NCBI GenBank assembly: GCA_963703315.1 | Contig: OY969811.1 | Location: 416,001 to 480,000 of the forward strand | Direction of reading: 5' to 3' | Source of the DNA: an uncultured cyanobacterium | GTDB taxonomy: Bacteria > Cyanobacteriota > Cyanobacteriia > Pseudanabaenales > Pseudanabaenaceae | DNA: 64,000 nt | Shown here: in pieces, positions 22,220 through 30,683 of the stretch | Layout: every line of letters begins with the position of its first letter | How positions within the stretch are numbered: position 1 is the first letter of the stretch | Position numbers and translations under genes: made by a program | The notes under the pieces: generated by a model | Told to the model about the DNA's origin: nothing | The model's database searches: none | What the model saw: only the letters and a program-made list of their open reading frames with translations

Positions 22220-24658
22220 ATGACTAGCTTGACTTTCGCTTCAGAAACATCTAGAAATATCCCCAAGGAACAAGCGTTAGTTCTTTGGTTTGACGAGGTA
22301 GGAATTTCGGATATTCCTCTAGTGGGTGGGAAAAATGCTTCTCTAGGAGAAATGATTCGGCAACTGCAACCCAAAGGGGTAAATGTTCCCAATGGCTTTG
22401 CAACTACTGCCTACGCTTTCCGTTATTTTATTGAGAAAGCAGGTCTAGAAGTCAAACTGCGTGAACTCTTTGCCGATCTCGATATTGAGGACATGAATAA
22501 CCTGCGCGATCGCGGTCGGCAGGCACGAGCTTTAGTTCTCAGCACCCCATTTCCTGACGATCTGCAAATGGCGATCGCTATGTCCTATCAGAAACTCTGC
22601 GATTGCGAGACTTCCTGCGGTAAAGAAGCTGATGTCGCTGTCCGTTCTAGCGCCACCGCCGAAGACTTGCCCGATGCCAGCTTCGCAGGACAACAGGAAA
22701 CCTATCTGAATGTCTATGGTGCGAACGAAGTTGTCGATGCTTGCCATCGCTGCTTTGCCTCACTATTCACCGATCGCGCCATTTCCTACCGTACCATCAA
22801 TGGTTTCGATCATTTCGATGTAGCGCTCTCCGTCGGTGTACAGAAAATGGTACGTTCTGATCTTGCCGCCTCTGGTGTCATGTTTTCTATCGACACCGAA
22901 ACAGGCTTTAAAAATGCAGCGTTAATCACCGCCGCCTATGGCTTAGGTGAAAATGTCGTGCAGGGTGCAGTCAATCCCGACGAGTATTTTGTTTTCAAAC
23001 CCACTCTCAAACAAGGATTCCGTCCCATTCTCGAAAAGCGCCTTGGTACAAAGGAAATCAAGATGGTCTATGACATTGGCGGCGGTAAGCTGACCAAGAA
23101 TATTTCCGTCCCCATTTCCGAACGGGTCAAGTTCGCGATTACCGATGATGAAATCCTCAAACTCGCAGAATGGACTTGTATCATTGAAGATCACTATTCG
23201 GAAGTACGCGGCAAGCTGTCACCAATGGATATTGAATGGGCAAAGGATGGCAAAACTGGTGAGTTGTTCATCGTTCAAGCCCGTCCTGAAACCGTTCAGT
23301 CGCAAAAATCTGGCAACATTCTCAAGAACTACAAGCTGAATGGATCTAGCAATGTCCTGATTGCAGGTCGTGCCGTTGGCGAAATGATTGGTCAAGGCAA
23401 AGCCAACGTAATTCTGGAAGTGAATAACATTGAAGATTTCCAAGCGGGTGAAGTACTGGTCACGAACAAGACTGATCCTGATTGGGAACCCATCATGAAG
23501 AAGGCGAGTGCGATCGTCACAAATCAAGGTGGACGCACCTGCCACGCCGCCATCATTGCGCGAGAAATGGGTATTCCTGCGATCGTTGGTTGCAGCAATG
23601 CTACAGGTGTGATCAAAACTGGTCAGGAAGTCACGATTTCCTGTGCAGAAGGTGAAGAAGGCAAGGTTTATGAGGGGCTAGTTCCCTTTGAAGTAATCGA
23701 AACTTCCCTCGATAATTTGCCTACACTTTCCACCAAAATCTTGATGAATGTGGGTAATCCCGAAGAAGCCTTTGGTTTATCTTCCATTCCCTGCGATGGC
23801 GTTGGCTTAGCCCGTATGGAGTTCATCATTGCTAACCACATCAAAGCCCATCCCCTCGCCCTGATGAACTTCGACACCCTCGAAGACAAAGCGGCGAAAT
23901 GGGAAATCTCCCAACTGACAGCACGCTATGAAAACAAGGCTGACTTCTTTGTAGACAAGTTGGCTCACGGTATCGGCACGATCGCCGCCGCATTTTATCC
24001 CAAGCCTGTTGTGGTGCGAATGTCCGACTTCAAGAGCAACGAATACGCCAATCTCCTTGGTGGTCGCGCCTTTGAACCTACCGAAGAAAATCCGATGATC
24101 GGCTGGCGTGGTGCATCCCGCTACTACGATCCTAAATATCGCGAAGCCTACGGTTTGGAATGTCAAGCCCTGAAGCGTGTCCGCGATGACATGGGCTTAA
24201 CCAACGTGATTCCCATGATTCCTTTCTGTCGCACTCCTGAAGAAGGTCGTAAGGTGCTTGCGGAAATGGAAAAACATGGCTTGAAGCGTGGTGAAAATGG
24301 ATTAGAAGTCTATGTGATGTGCGAAATCCCCAGTAACGTGATCTTGGCGGATGAGTTCTCCCAAGTCTTTGATGGCTTCTCGATTGGTTCCAATGATCTC
24401 ACACAGTTGACCCTCGGCTTAGATCGTGACTCTTCTCTTGTTGCCCATATCTTTGATGAGCGCAATGAAGCGGTTAAGTCAATGGTTCGCACGGTTATTC
24501 AAAAGGCAAAGGCTAATCACCGCAAGATTGGTATTTGTGGTCAAGCTCCTAGTGACTATCCAGAGTTTGCGAAGTTCCTTGTTGAGCAAGGCATTGACTC
24601 CATCAGTCTCAATCCTGATTCTGTCTTGAAGACAATGCTCGAACTCGCGAAAATGTAA
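22220..24658 (+). CDS. ppsA: Phosphoenolpyruvate synthase
   Basis: VGGKNASLGEM, VRSSATAED, GGRTCHAAI and IGSNDLTQ. Confidence 0.97.
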   Translation: MTSLTFASETSRNIPKEQALVLWFDEVGISDIPLVGGKNASLGEMIRQLQPKGVNVPNGFATTAYAFRYFIEKAGLEVKLRELFADLDIEDMNNLRDRGRQARALVLSTPFPDDLQMAIAMSYQKLCDCETSCGKEADVAVRSSATAEDLPDASFAGQQETYLNVYGANEVVDACHRCFASLFTDRAISYRTINGFDHFDVALSVGVQKMVRSDLAASGVMFSIDTETGFKNAALITAAYGLGENVVQGAVNPDEYFVFKPTLKQGFRPILEKRLGTKEIKMVYDIGGGKLTKNISVPISERVKFAITDDEILKLAEWTCIIEDHYSEVRGKLSPMDIEWAKDGKTGELFIVQARPETVQSQKSGNILKNYKLNGSSNVLIAGRAVGEMIGQGKANVILEVNNIEDFQAGEVLVTNKTDPDWEPIMKKASAIVTNQGGRTCHAAIIAREMGIPAIVGCSNATGVIKTGQEVTISCAEGEEGKVYEGLVPFEVIETSLDNLPTLSTKILMNVGNPEEAFGLSSIPCDGVGLARMEFIIANHIKAHPLALMNFDTLEDKAAKWEISQLTARYENKADFFVDKLAHGIGTIAAAFYPKPVVVRMSDFKSNEYANLLGGRAFEPTEENPMIGWRGASRYYDPKYREAYGLECQALKRVRDDMGLTNVIPMIPFCRTPEEGRKVLAEMEKHGLKRGENGLEVYVMCEIPSNVILADEFSQVFDGFSIGSNDLTQLTLGLDRDSSLVAHIFDERNEAVKSMVRTVIQKAKANHRKIGICGQAPSDYPEFAKFLVEQGIDSISLNPDSVLKTMLELAKM

Positions 24659-24694
24659 ATAAAAAAGCGGCGCTTAGCGCCGCTTTTTTTATGA
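24602..24694 (+). repeat. Direct repeat, left copy (ppsA 3' end plus terminator)
   Basis: 93 bp nearly identical to 29387-29480 (4 substitutions and 1 indel by eye). Confidence 0.9.
24661..24690. terminator. ppsA intrinsic terminator
   Basis: aaaaaagcggcgc-tta-gcgccgcttttttt. Confidence 0.85.
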
Positions 24695-24746
24695 CTTAAC
24701 TTACTAGCATCAATTAAAATATGAGTAATAGTCTTTAATAATCAAT

Positions 24747-25004
24747 ATGCCTCTCAATGAGCTTTTACCAACTGTTAGCCAATTAAACCATGAGGATAAA
24801 CTTCGGTTAATCCATTTTCTTTTGCTTGCTGTAGCGAAAGAAGAAGGTTGTAATTTGGAAGCAACACAGGTTAATCCAGAACAAAATCTACTCAATCAAT
24901 TAGCATCAACTCATGCAGTCGTATGGTCGCCTCAAGCTGATGCTCAAGCAGTTACAGCCTTATCAGATCTTTTGAGAGATGCAAAGGAAAAAGCAAATGC
25001 TTAA
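24747..25004 (+). CDS. Small hypothetical protein, translationally coupled to an aspartyl protease
   Basis: 85-aa ORF whose end overlaps the next ATG. Confidence 0.75.
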   Translation: MPLNELLPTVSQLNHEDKLRLIHFLLLAVAKEEGCNLEATQVNPEQNLLNQLASTHAVVWSPQADAQAVTALSDLLRDAKEKANA

Positions 25005-25416
25005 TGGACAACGCTTTAATTTTATCGAGAAAATTGATAGCGCTGGGCGATCAGTCGTTATGCCCTATTTGCCTTTGCGGCTTACTAATGGCAGTCAATC
25101 TATAGAAGTCCTAGCTTTATTGGATACAGGGGCAAGTGTAAACGTATTACCCTATGACATGGGCTTACAATTAGGAGCAGTTTGGGAAAAGCAAATAGTA
25201 AAAATTCCATTAAGTGGCAATCTTTCTCGCAATGAAGCAAAAGGTTTAGTTTTGTCTGGTACTGTTGGAAATTTCTCAAGCACCTTATTCGCTTTTGCTT
25301 GGACTCAATCAAATGATTCACCTGTAATTCTTGGACATATGAACTTCTTTACTGAGTTCAATGTTTGTTTCTATCGCCATGAATTAGCTTTTGAGATTAG
25401 CTCAGTATCAAGGTAA
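24997..25416 (+). CDS. Retropepsin-like (clan AA) aspartyl protease
   Basis: ALLDTGAS and VILGHMNFF motifs. Confidence 0.8.
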   Translation: MLNGQRFNFIEKIDSAGRSVVMPYLPLRLTNGSQSIEVLALLDTGASVNVLPYDMGLQLGAVWEKQIVKIPLSGNLSRNEAKGLVLSGTVGNFSSTLFAFAWTQSNDSPVILGHMNFFTEFNVCFYRHELAFEISSVSR

Positions 25417-25552
25417 TGCGATCACCTAACACACTAAAAAACCTGTAAATTTATTTATCACAAATAAAACAATAATTCAGCAATTATTTGTTAGCTAACT
25501 ATTGACAAAATAGATTTTGCTGTAGTTAAATAAATCAGGACAGAAAATATCC

Positions 25553-25738
25553 AATATTTGGGTATACGTCTTAAGCAGAATACGAGCGCTTCTCAGTTCA
25601 GTGTATATTCATTATTTTGACTTAGCACTAATTGAATGCATTTTGGCAATTATACAAAGAGTACTAGTTCAACATACTGAGTATGCACCGAACTGAGAGG
25701 CGCTTGTATTCTGCTTAAGACGTTTACGGTCAAATATT
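25553..25738 (+). ncRNA. Long stem-loop (64-bp stem, 30-nt loop); candidate structured RNA or RNase III site
   Basis: 25566-25629 pairs with 25660-25723 (54 Watson-Crick, 5 G:U, 5 mismatches); flanking aatatttg/caaatatt also pair; TTGACA at 25502-25507. Confidence 0.65.
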
Positions 25739-25833
25739 CTAGAGAAGTATGCTATCTATGCATAGGCTTTTCGTATATTTGGCAATTTGATATTTCAAGT
25801 CTGTTAAACAATTATTTAACGGAGCTATTTGAA

Positions 25834-26121
25834 ATGCCTAAGCAAATGAATAAAAAACAAAAGGATGCTCTAAAGTATCAACTTGCCTACGTTATAGGGT
25901 TTGGGGTGTCTTGTTTTTGGAAAACTTGTTGTTCTTCGTCTGATGTATTTACGCTTGATGAGCTAACTCTTGATCATCTAATCCCTAAAAGTAAAGGTGG
26001 CTCGAATAACCGAGAGAATTTACGCCTTACCTGTATTCATTGTAATAGGTCGCGCGGTAATAGCTTATTTCCACCTTCACAAAAGTATAGAAGTTCATCT
26101 TTGAACAACTCTGATAAATAG
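25834..26121 (+). CDS. Small zinc-binding HNH endonuclease (95 aa)
   Basis: CFWKTC...LTLDHLIPKSKGGSNNRENLRLTCIHCNRSRGN. Confidence 0.88.
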   Translation: MPKQMNKKQKDALKYQLAYVIGFGVSCFWKTCCSSSDVFTLDELTLDHLIPKSKGGSNNRENLRLTCIHCNRSRGNSLFPPSQKYRSSSLNNSDK

Positions 26122-26129
26122 CTTTTGTG

Positions 26130-26166
26130 CAACTAAAACCTAGATTTTAAATTTAGGTTTTAGTTG
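26130..26166. other. Hairpin between HNH and RNase III genes
   Basis: caactaaaacctaga...tttaggttttagttg. Confidence 0.55.
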
Positions 26167-26206
26167 ATTTAGACAACTATATTTCTAACAAATAAACTCA
26201 ATAAAA

Positions 26207-26887
26207 ATGCATAAACTTTTGATTTTTAATGACGAAAAATTACTTCGTCGTGCGCTTACTCATCGCTCTTTTGTGAATGAAAACTTTGATGAATCTGGAC
26301 ATAATGAAAGACTAGAATTTCTTGGCGATGCCATTCTTAATTTCATTAGTGGAGAATATCTATATGAACAAAACCCTGAAATGGCAGAAGATGAAATGAC
26401 TCGCAGACGTTCTGCTCTTGTGGATGAAAAACAACTTTCTCGATTTGCTACTGAAGTTGGACTAGATTTTAGAATCCGTTTGGGAGAAGGTGCAAAAAGA
26501 GAAGGTGGTTTTACTAATCCTAATATTCTGAGCAGTACATTTGAAGCGGTTGTTGGCGCTTATTACTTAGATAATAAGCGTAATATCGATGTACTTCGTC
26601 CTTTAATAGCACAACTATTTGACTCTGTGCCAAAAGATGTCATGGTTGTTCGCTCTAGTATAGATTCCAAAAATAAACTTCAGGAATTTGTGCAGGCAAA
26701 TGGAGAACCAAAGCCAGATTATAAAACTGAGCAGGTCGGCGGAATGTCTCATGCTCCAGAATTTCTAGCTAAAGTTTATGTCAATGGCAAAATTTGTGGT
26801 GAAGGGAAAGGACGTAATAAGAAAGAGGCAGAGAAAGAAGCTGCGGCTGACGCACTAGCTAAACTAAAAAAGCGGGGATTTCTTTAA
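26207..26887 (+). CDS. rnc: Ribonuclease III (accessory paralogue) with dsRBD
   Basis: ALTHRS, NERLEFLGDA, STFEAVVGAYYLD and dsRBD GKGRNKKEAEKEAA. Confidence 0.93.
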   Translation: MHKLLIFNDEKLLRRALTHRSFVNENFDESGHNERLEFLGDAILNFISGEYLYEQNPEMAEDEMTRRRSALVDEKQLSRFATEVGLDFRIRLGEGAKREGGFTNPNILSSTFEAVVGAYYLDNKRNIDVLRPLIAQLFDSVPKDVMVVRSSIDSKNKLQEFVQANGEPKPDYKTEQVGGMSHAPEFLAKVYVNGKICGEGKGRNKKEAEKEAAADALAKLKKRGFL

Positions 26888-26934
26888 ATACTCAATTCAA
26901 AAGCAATTGGTACATTGGTTGGCTTGAATATCTT

Positions 26935-27129
26935 GGCGATCCCTGTTTGATATTGAGAGAATAGACGATTAGGTTTGTTGGTTATGAGGGGAGATCGCTG
27001 TTTGGTTTTGAGATTTAGGCGATCGGGTTTATGGGTGGTGAGGGGCGATCGCTATTTGATTGGGGAATAGGCGATCGGGTTTATGGGTGGTGAGGGGTGA
27101 TCGCTGTTTGATTTTTATGGAGGGGCGAT
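26935..27129. repeat. HIP1-anchored tandem repeat cluster 1
   Basis: Alternating units GGCGATCGCTGTTTGATT... and GGCGATCGGGTTTATGGGTGGTGAGG, ~53-bp period. Confidence 0.85.
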
Positions 27130-27465
27130 TCAACTTAAAATTACTAATATCGACTCAGATGGATTGCTGTCTAGCAAATAAATTTGTTCCTTATATTTAG
27201 TGATTAGTGCTACGAGAATATCACGATTACAATTGCCAATTCTCAACCAGACAAGCTTCGGCGGATGCCCATAAAGCAAACTCCGTTGATAAAAATCTGA
27301 ATCCTTGGAAACTATTGTAAATCCATTGTCTTGAGCATATTCCCAAACATCCTCATCAGGAAATCCCTTCAATCCGCAATCACGAACGTGCATACTCTCT
27401 GGAAAATCTACAGATAATATACGCGGCAACTTTGGAGATAAATTCTCATCAAACAGCAACTTCAT
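27130..27465 (-). CDS. DUF5615 PIN-like putative toxin
   Basis: MKLLFDENLS, IVSKDSDF and PPKLVWLRIGN. Confidence 0.85.
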   Translation of the reverse strand: MKLLFDENLSPKLPRILSVDFPESMHVRDCGLKGFPDEDVWEYAQDNGFTIVSKDSDFYQRSLLYGHPPKLVWLRIGNCNRDILVALITKYKEQIYLLDSNPSESILVILS

Positions 27466-27688
27466 AGGGAACCACTGTTAAACTGCGATCGCGATCAGCT
27501 GCAAAAGCAAAACAAGCCTGTATATCCGCAAGGGTTAAATCAGGAAAATCATCTAATACTTCGTCAACAGTCATCCCACCGCCAAGATAGTCAAACACAT
27601 CTGATACGGCAATGCGTGTATTAACTATACATGGCTTACCACTACGAATATTCGGACTGATGCGTATGCGATCGCGATATTTTTTCAT
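27449..27688 (-). CDS. DUF433 putative antitoxin
   Basis: PNIRSGKPCIVNTRI and DFPDLTLADIQAC. Confidence 0.85.
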   Translation of the reverse strand: MKKYRDRIRISPNIRSGKPCIVNTRIAVSDVFDYLGGGMTVDEVLDDFPDLTLADIQACFAFAADRDRSLTVVPYEVAV

Positions 27689-27748
27689 AACCAAGATTTG
27701 CACATAACTAATTTCATAATAACAGCGTCCTTAAAAGAATTTAGAGAT

Positions 27749-27828
27749 TGAGGGGCGATCGCTGTTTGATTTGGGGGGAAGAGGCGATCGGGTTTTAGGG
27801 GTGATGAGTGGGCGATCGCTGTTTGATT
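27749..27828. repeat. HIP1-anchored repeat cluster 2
   Basis: Same units as 26935-27129. Confidence 0.85.
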
Positions 27829-28107
27829 TTAAGCAACCTCACTCAAAGCGTCACGAATCACCTCATCACTCACACCGTGCCGCTTTAAGCTCTCAATAAA
27901 TATAGAAACAGTATCCCCATCTAATCTCTCAAGATCAGCACGAAGCCCTTGACCAATATAAGCACGAACTAAAGGCTGATATCCAGAAAATCCTAACAAT
28001 GGTGCAACTTTTTTCAAATCTTCAATTACATCCTCAGGAATACGGATTGTCACCGTTGCCATCGGACGATTTCGATCCAATCGTTTTTTTAAAGCTTCAG
28101 TTTTCAT
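27829..28107 (-). CDS. BrnA/CopG-like antitoxin
   Basis: VTIRIPEDVIEDLK...GYQPLVRAY ribbon-helix-helix pattern; overlaps the BrnT gene. Confidence 0.75.
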   Translation of the reverse strand: MKTEALKKRLDRNRPMATVTIRIPEDVIEDLKKVAPLLGFSGYQPLVRAYIGQGLRADLERLDGDTVSIFIESLKRHGVSDEVIRDALSEVA

Positions 28108-28393
28108 AATATTCATGCTCCTTGCGAGTTGCTTTTCTTGCAGAAATAATCCGAACTAGATCGTTCTCCCGTTCAACATAAACAACGTAAAGAAGATTCC
28201 ATCGTTTATCTAAAGCAATCACAGCGTCTCGTTCCTCATCATTACGACTTGCATCAACTACTACTAAAAATGGATCAAAAAAGGCTTCAGTAGCTTGCTG
28301 AAATGTCACACCATCATGATTAATCTGATTAATTCGAGCCTTCTCCTCATTCCAAACAAATTTAATCCCGTTCAGTACAAAATACACATCCGT
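28097..28393 (-). CDS. brnT: BrnT family toxin (start uncertain: ACG 28393, GTG 28387 or TTG 28411)
   Basis: FVWNEEKARIN..NH.GVTF...RIISARKAT. Confidence 0.8.
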   Translation of the reverse strand, partial: TDVYFVLNGIKFVWNEEKARINQINHDGVTFQQATEAFFDPFLVVVDASRNDEERDAVIALDKRWNLLYVVYVERENDLVRIISARKATRKEHEYYEN

Positions 28394-28400
28394 ACCGTAT

Positions 28401-28430
28401 ATTTTAGCCAAAGCGTATTTACGTTGTCAA
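28401..28430 (-). promoter_or_regulatory. Sigma70-type promoter of brnT
   Basis: TTGACA-N18-TAAAAT on the minus strand. Confidence 0.6.
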
Positions 28431-28460
28431 TACAAATTTATCCAAAGATTTTGTGCTGGT

Positions 28461-28579
28461 GGTGATCGCTGTTTGATGTGGAGATTTAGGCGATCGCTGT
28501 TTGATTTGGAGGGATTGGCGATCGGGTTTTGTGAGTTGTGAAGGAGCGATCGCTGTTTGATTTGAGGGAATAGGCTATC
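28461..28579. repeat. HIP1-anchored repeat cluster 3
   Basis: Same units as clusters 1 and 2. Confidence 0.85.
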
Positions 28580-28837
28580 TTATGCCACACTAGCCATAAG
28601 CCTAACTGATGGTCTATCCGCACGAGTCGGCAAACGGAAATAACTCATCGGCAAAGTGACAACTGAAACTGTATTACCCAGCATATCGAAAAACTCAACA
28701 CTATAACCAGTTTCCAATCCAATGACATCATGCCGTTCTACCACCGTTCCAATATCCCCAGCATAAACTCCCTCATCAGGTAGATTAGTTAATAGAATTA
28801 CATCAGAATAAAGTGGAAAATTCATTGCAGCCTCCAA
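28580..28837 (-). CDS. DUF4926-like protein
   Basis: V.LL.NLP..GV.AGDIGTVVE....GYSVEFFD. Confidence 0.75.
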   Translation of the reverse strand: MEAAMNFPLYSDVILLTNLPDEGVYAGDIGTVVERHDVIGLETGYSVEFFDMLGNTVSVVTLPMSYFRLPTRADRPSVRLMASVA

Positions 28838-28843
28838 ATATTG

Positions 28844-29176
28844 CTAATCGGGAACTAAAGTAATTAAGCGAGCAAAATCTGTACCTTTATCTATTTGCCA
28901 TACCGTCTTAACAAATAACTGTCTATTTATCGGAGTCAGTAAATTTGCACTAATTTCATATCTCACACCATACGCAGTTTCTTTAACTACATTAGCATCT
29001 ACCCCAAGATGAAATTTACGAATGTCGGCTTCTAACTGTTGCCAATTTTCTAGTGAATATCCAAACAAAATTAATAATTTAGCCTTTGTGCCACCGCGTT
29101 TATGCTCACTATTGAGTAGATATTCAGTTAACTTTGACGGCTCAATGACTGCGCGATCGCTATTCGGAATTCTCAT
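28844..29176 (-). CDS. DUF6883-like protein (putative toxin partner of DUF4926)
   Basis: AVI..SKL.EYLLN.EH..GG.KA...GY...N and TVWQID....RLITL.P. Confidence 0.7.
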   Translation of the reverse strand: MRIPNSDRAVIEPSKLTEYLLNSEHKRGGTKAKLLILFGYSLENWQQLEADIRKFHLGVDANVVKETAYGVRYEISANLLTPINRQLFVKTVWQIDKGTDFARLITLVPD

Positions 29177-29224
29177 GTATTTTAGCGCTTATCGCTTTAC
29201 TTGAGCCTATCATAATCAATGCGT

Positions 29225-29314
29225 GCGATCGCTGGTTAATTGGAGATTTAGGCGATCGGGTCTTATGGGTGGTGAGGGGCGATCACTGTTTGATATTGAG
29301 GTTTAGGCGATCAC
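29225..29314. repeat. HIP1-anchored repeat cluster 4
   Basis: Same units as clusters 1-3. Confidence 0.8.
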
Positions 29315-29315
29315 A

Positions 29316-29480
29316 TTTGAGCCTACTGAAGAAGACTCCATTGATTGTCGAACTCCCGAAGTTTGAGCAAGGCACTAAGGCACTCGATCAGTCTCAATCC
29401 TGATTCTGTCTTATAGACGATGCTCGAACTCGCCAAAATGTAAATAAAAAAAGCGGCGCTTAGCGCCGCTTTTTTTATGA
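29316..29480 (+). pseudogene. Eroded duplicate of the ppsA 3' region plus terminator (right direct repeat)
   Basis: Colinear fragments matching ppsA 24071-24099, 24227-24242, 24582-24593 and 24602-24694. Confidence 0.8.
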
Positions 29481-30113
29481 GTGCAGCATAGAGGTGACTA
29501 AAATCGCAATCTCAGTTCTATTTCGCAGATTTAACTGACTTAAGATATTCGTAATATGATTTTTGACAGTTTTTGTTGAGATGTAGAGATTGGAAGCAAT
29601 TTCTTCATTATTAGCACCAGTAGCAATTAACTTGACGATTTGTCTTTCTCTCGGTGTGAGCTTATTCCAATCCCTTGTCGATACTTCTGAAACCTCAGGA
29701 ATTCTGGCAATTACTTTCCTACCCAAATTCAAATCTAAATGCATATATCCTCGATGCACTGCCTGAATCGCAAAGGATAATTCTTCAGGGAGCGTATTTT
29801 TTAAGATATAGCCCGATGCTCCAAATTTTAAGGCTTGGGAGATATATTCTTCGGTATCATCAACTGTCAGAATTAGAACTTTAGTGTTCGGAAAGAGATC
29901 GCATATTTGTTTAGTAGCTTCGACTCCATCTAGATGCGGCATCTGCACATCCATCAGTACGACATCAGGTTTGAGGAGTTCGACTTGCGTGATCGCTACT
30001 TGCCCATTTTCCGCCTCTCCCACAATCTCTAAGGAAGTTTCATCACCGAGCGAAATCTTCAACGCCCGCCGAATAAAAGAATGATCATCTACAAGCAAAA
30101 CACGGATTTTCAT
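29475..30113 (-). CDS. NarL/LuxR family response regulator
   Basis: REC domain plus LTPRERQIV...STKTVKNHITNILSQL. Confidence 0.93.
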   Translation of the reverse strand: MKIRVLLVDDHSFIRRALKISLGDETSLEIVGEAENGQVAITQVELLKPDVVLMDVQMPHLDGVEATKQICDLFPNTKVLILTVDDTEEYISQALKFGASGYILKNTLPEELSFAIQAVHRGYMHLDLNLGRKVIARIPEVSEVSTRDWNKLTPRERQIVKLIATGANNEEIASNLYISTKTVKNHITNILSQLNLRNRTEIAILVTSMLHS

Positions 30114-30185
30114 GGGATTTGCCTAGTTATGGGAGACTGCTAAAACCTAGCTTAGCGCTTGCGATCGCTTCCAGCAAGTAACAAT

Positions 30186-30231
30186 AGTCTCAATTATTGA
30201 TAGGACTATAGTCCTATCAATAATTGAGACT
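30186..30231. promoter_or_regulatory. Perfect 46-bp palindrome between divergent response regulator genes
   Basis: agtctcaattattgataggacta|tagtcctatcaataattgagact. Confidence 0.6.
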
Positions 30232-30306
30232 TCCTCTTCATGTGTAATTTAAGTTTCCACTTTAGGATGGAAATGTAGAAATTAGGAATTAGAGAGGTTT
30301 ATAGCA

Positions 30307-30675
30307 ATGTTCAAGGTTTTAGTTGTTGAAGACAGCAAAGTTCAAAGAGAAATGATGGCGAGTTTACTCAAAGAGAATAACTTTGAAACTACTACGGCTA
30401 GTAATGGGTTAGAAGCGATCGCTCAGGTTAAAGCAAGTCATCCAGATGTGATCATTTTGGATATCATTATGCCCAATATGCATGGTTATGAGCTTTGTCG
30501 TAAACTGCGAGACAATCCTGATACTTGGGATATCAATATCGTGATGTGTTCATCCAAATCTACAGACGCTGATCGCTATTGGGGATTTCGACAGGGTGCT
30601 AATGCATATATTAGCAAGCCTTTTGCACCTGATGATTTAGTTGATACTGTCAAAGAGCTATTGAAGAATAAATGA
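30307..30675 (+). CDS. Single-domain response regulator (PilH/CheY-like)
   Basis: VVEDS, LDIIMP, DRYWG..QGA.AY..KPF. Confidence 0.9.
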   Translation: MFKVLVVEDSKVQREMMASLLKENNFETTTASNGLEAIAQVKASHPDVIILDIIMPNMHGYELCRKLRDNPDTWDINIVMCSSKSTDADRYWGFRQGANAYISKPFAPDDLVDTVKELLKNK

Positions 30676-30683
30676 TATCCAAT

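Noticed and set aside
25553..26121. HEARO/IscB (OMEGA) locus or retron
   Set aside because: The protein is only 95 aa with no PLMP or RuvC motifs, and no reverse transcriptase is nearby.
26520..26570. RNase III as catalytically dead (LSSTFEA instead of LADxxEA)
   Set aside because: The ERLEFLGD motif and the essential second Glu are intact; loss of this one Asp is not enough to call it inactive.
26935..29314. HIP1 repeat clusters as a CRISPR array
   Set aside because: The units are degenerate, the intervening sequences are themselves repeated rather than unique spacers, and no cas genes are present.
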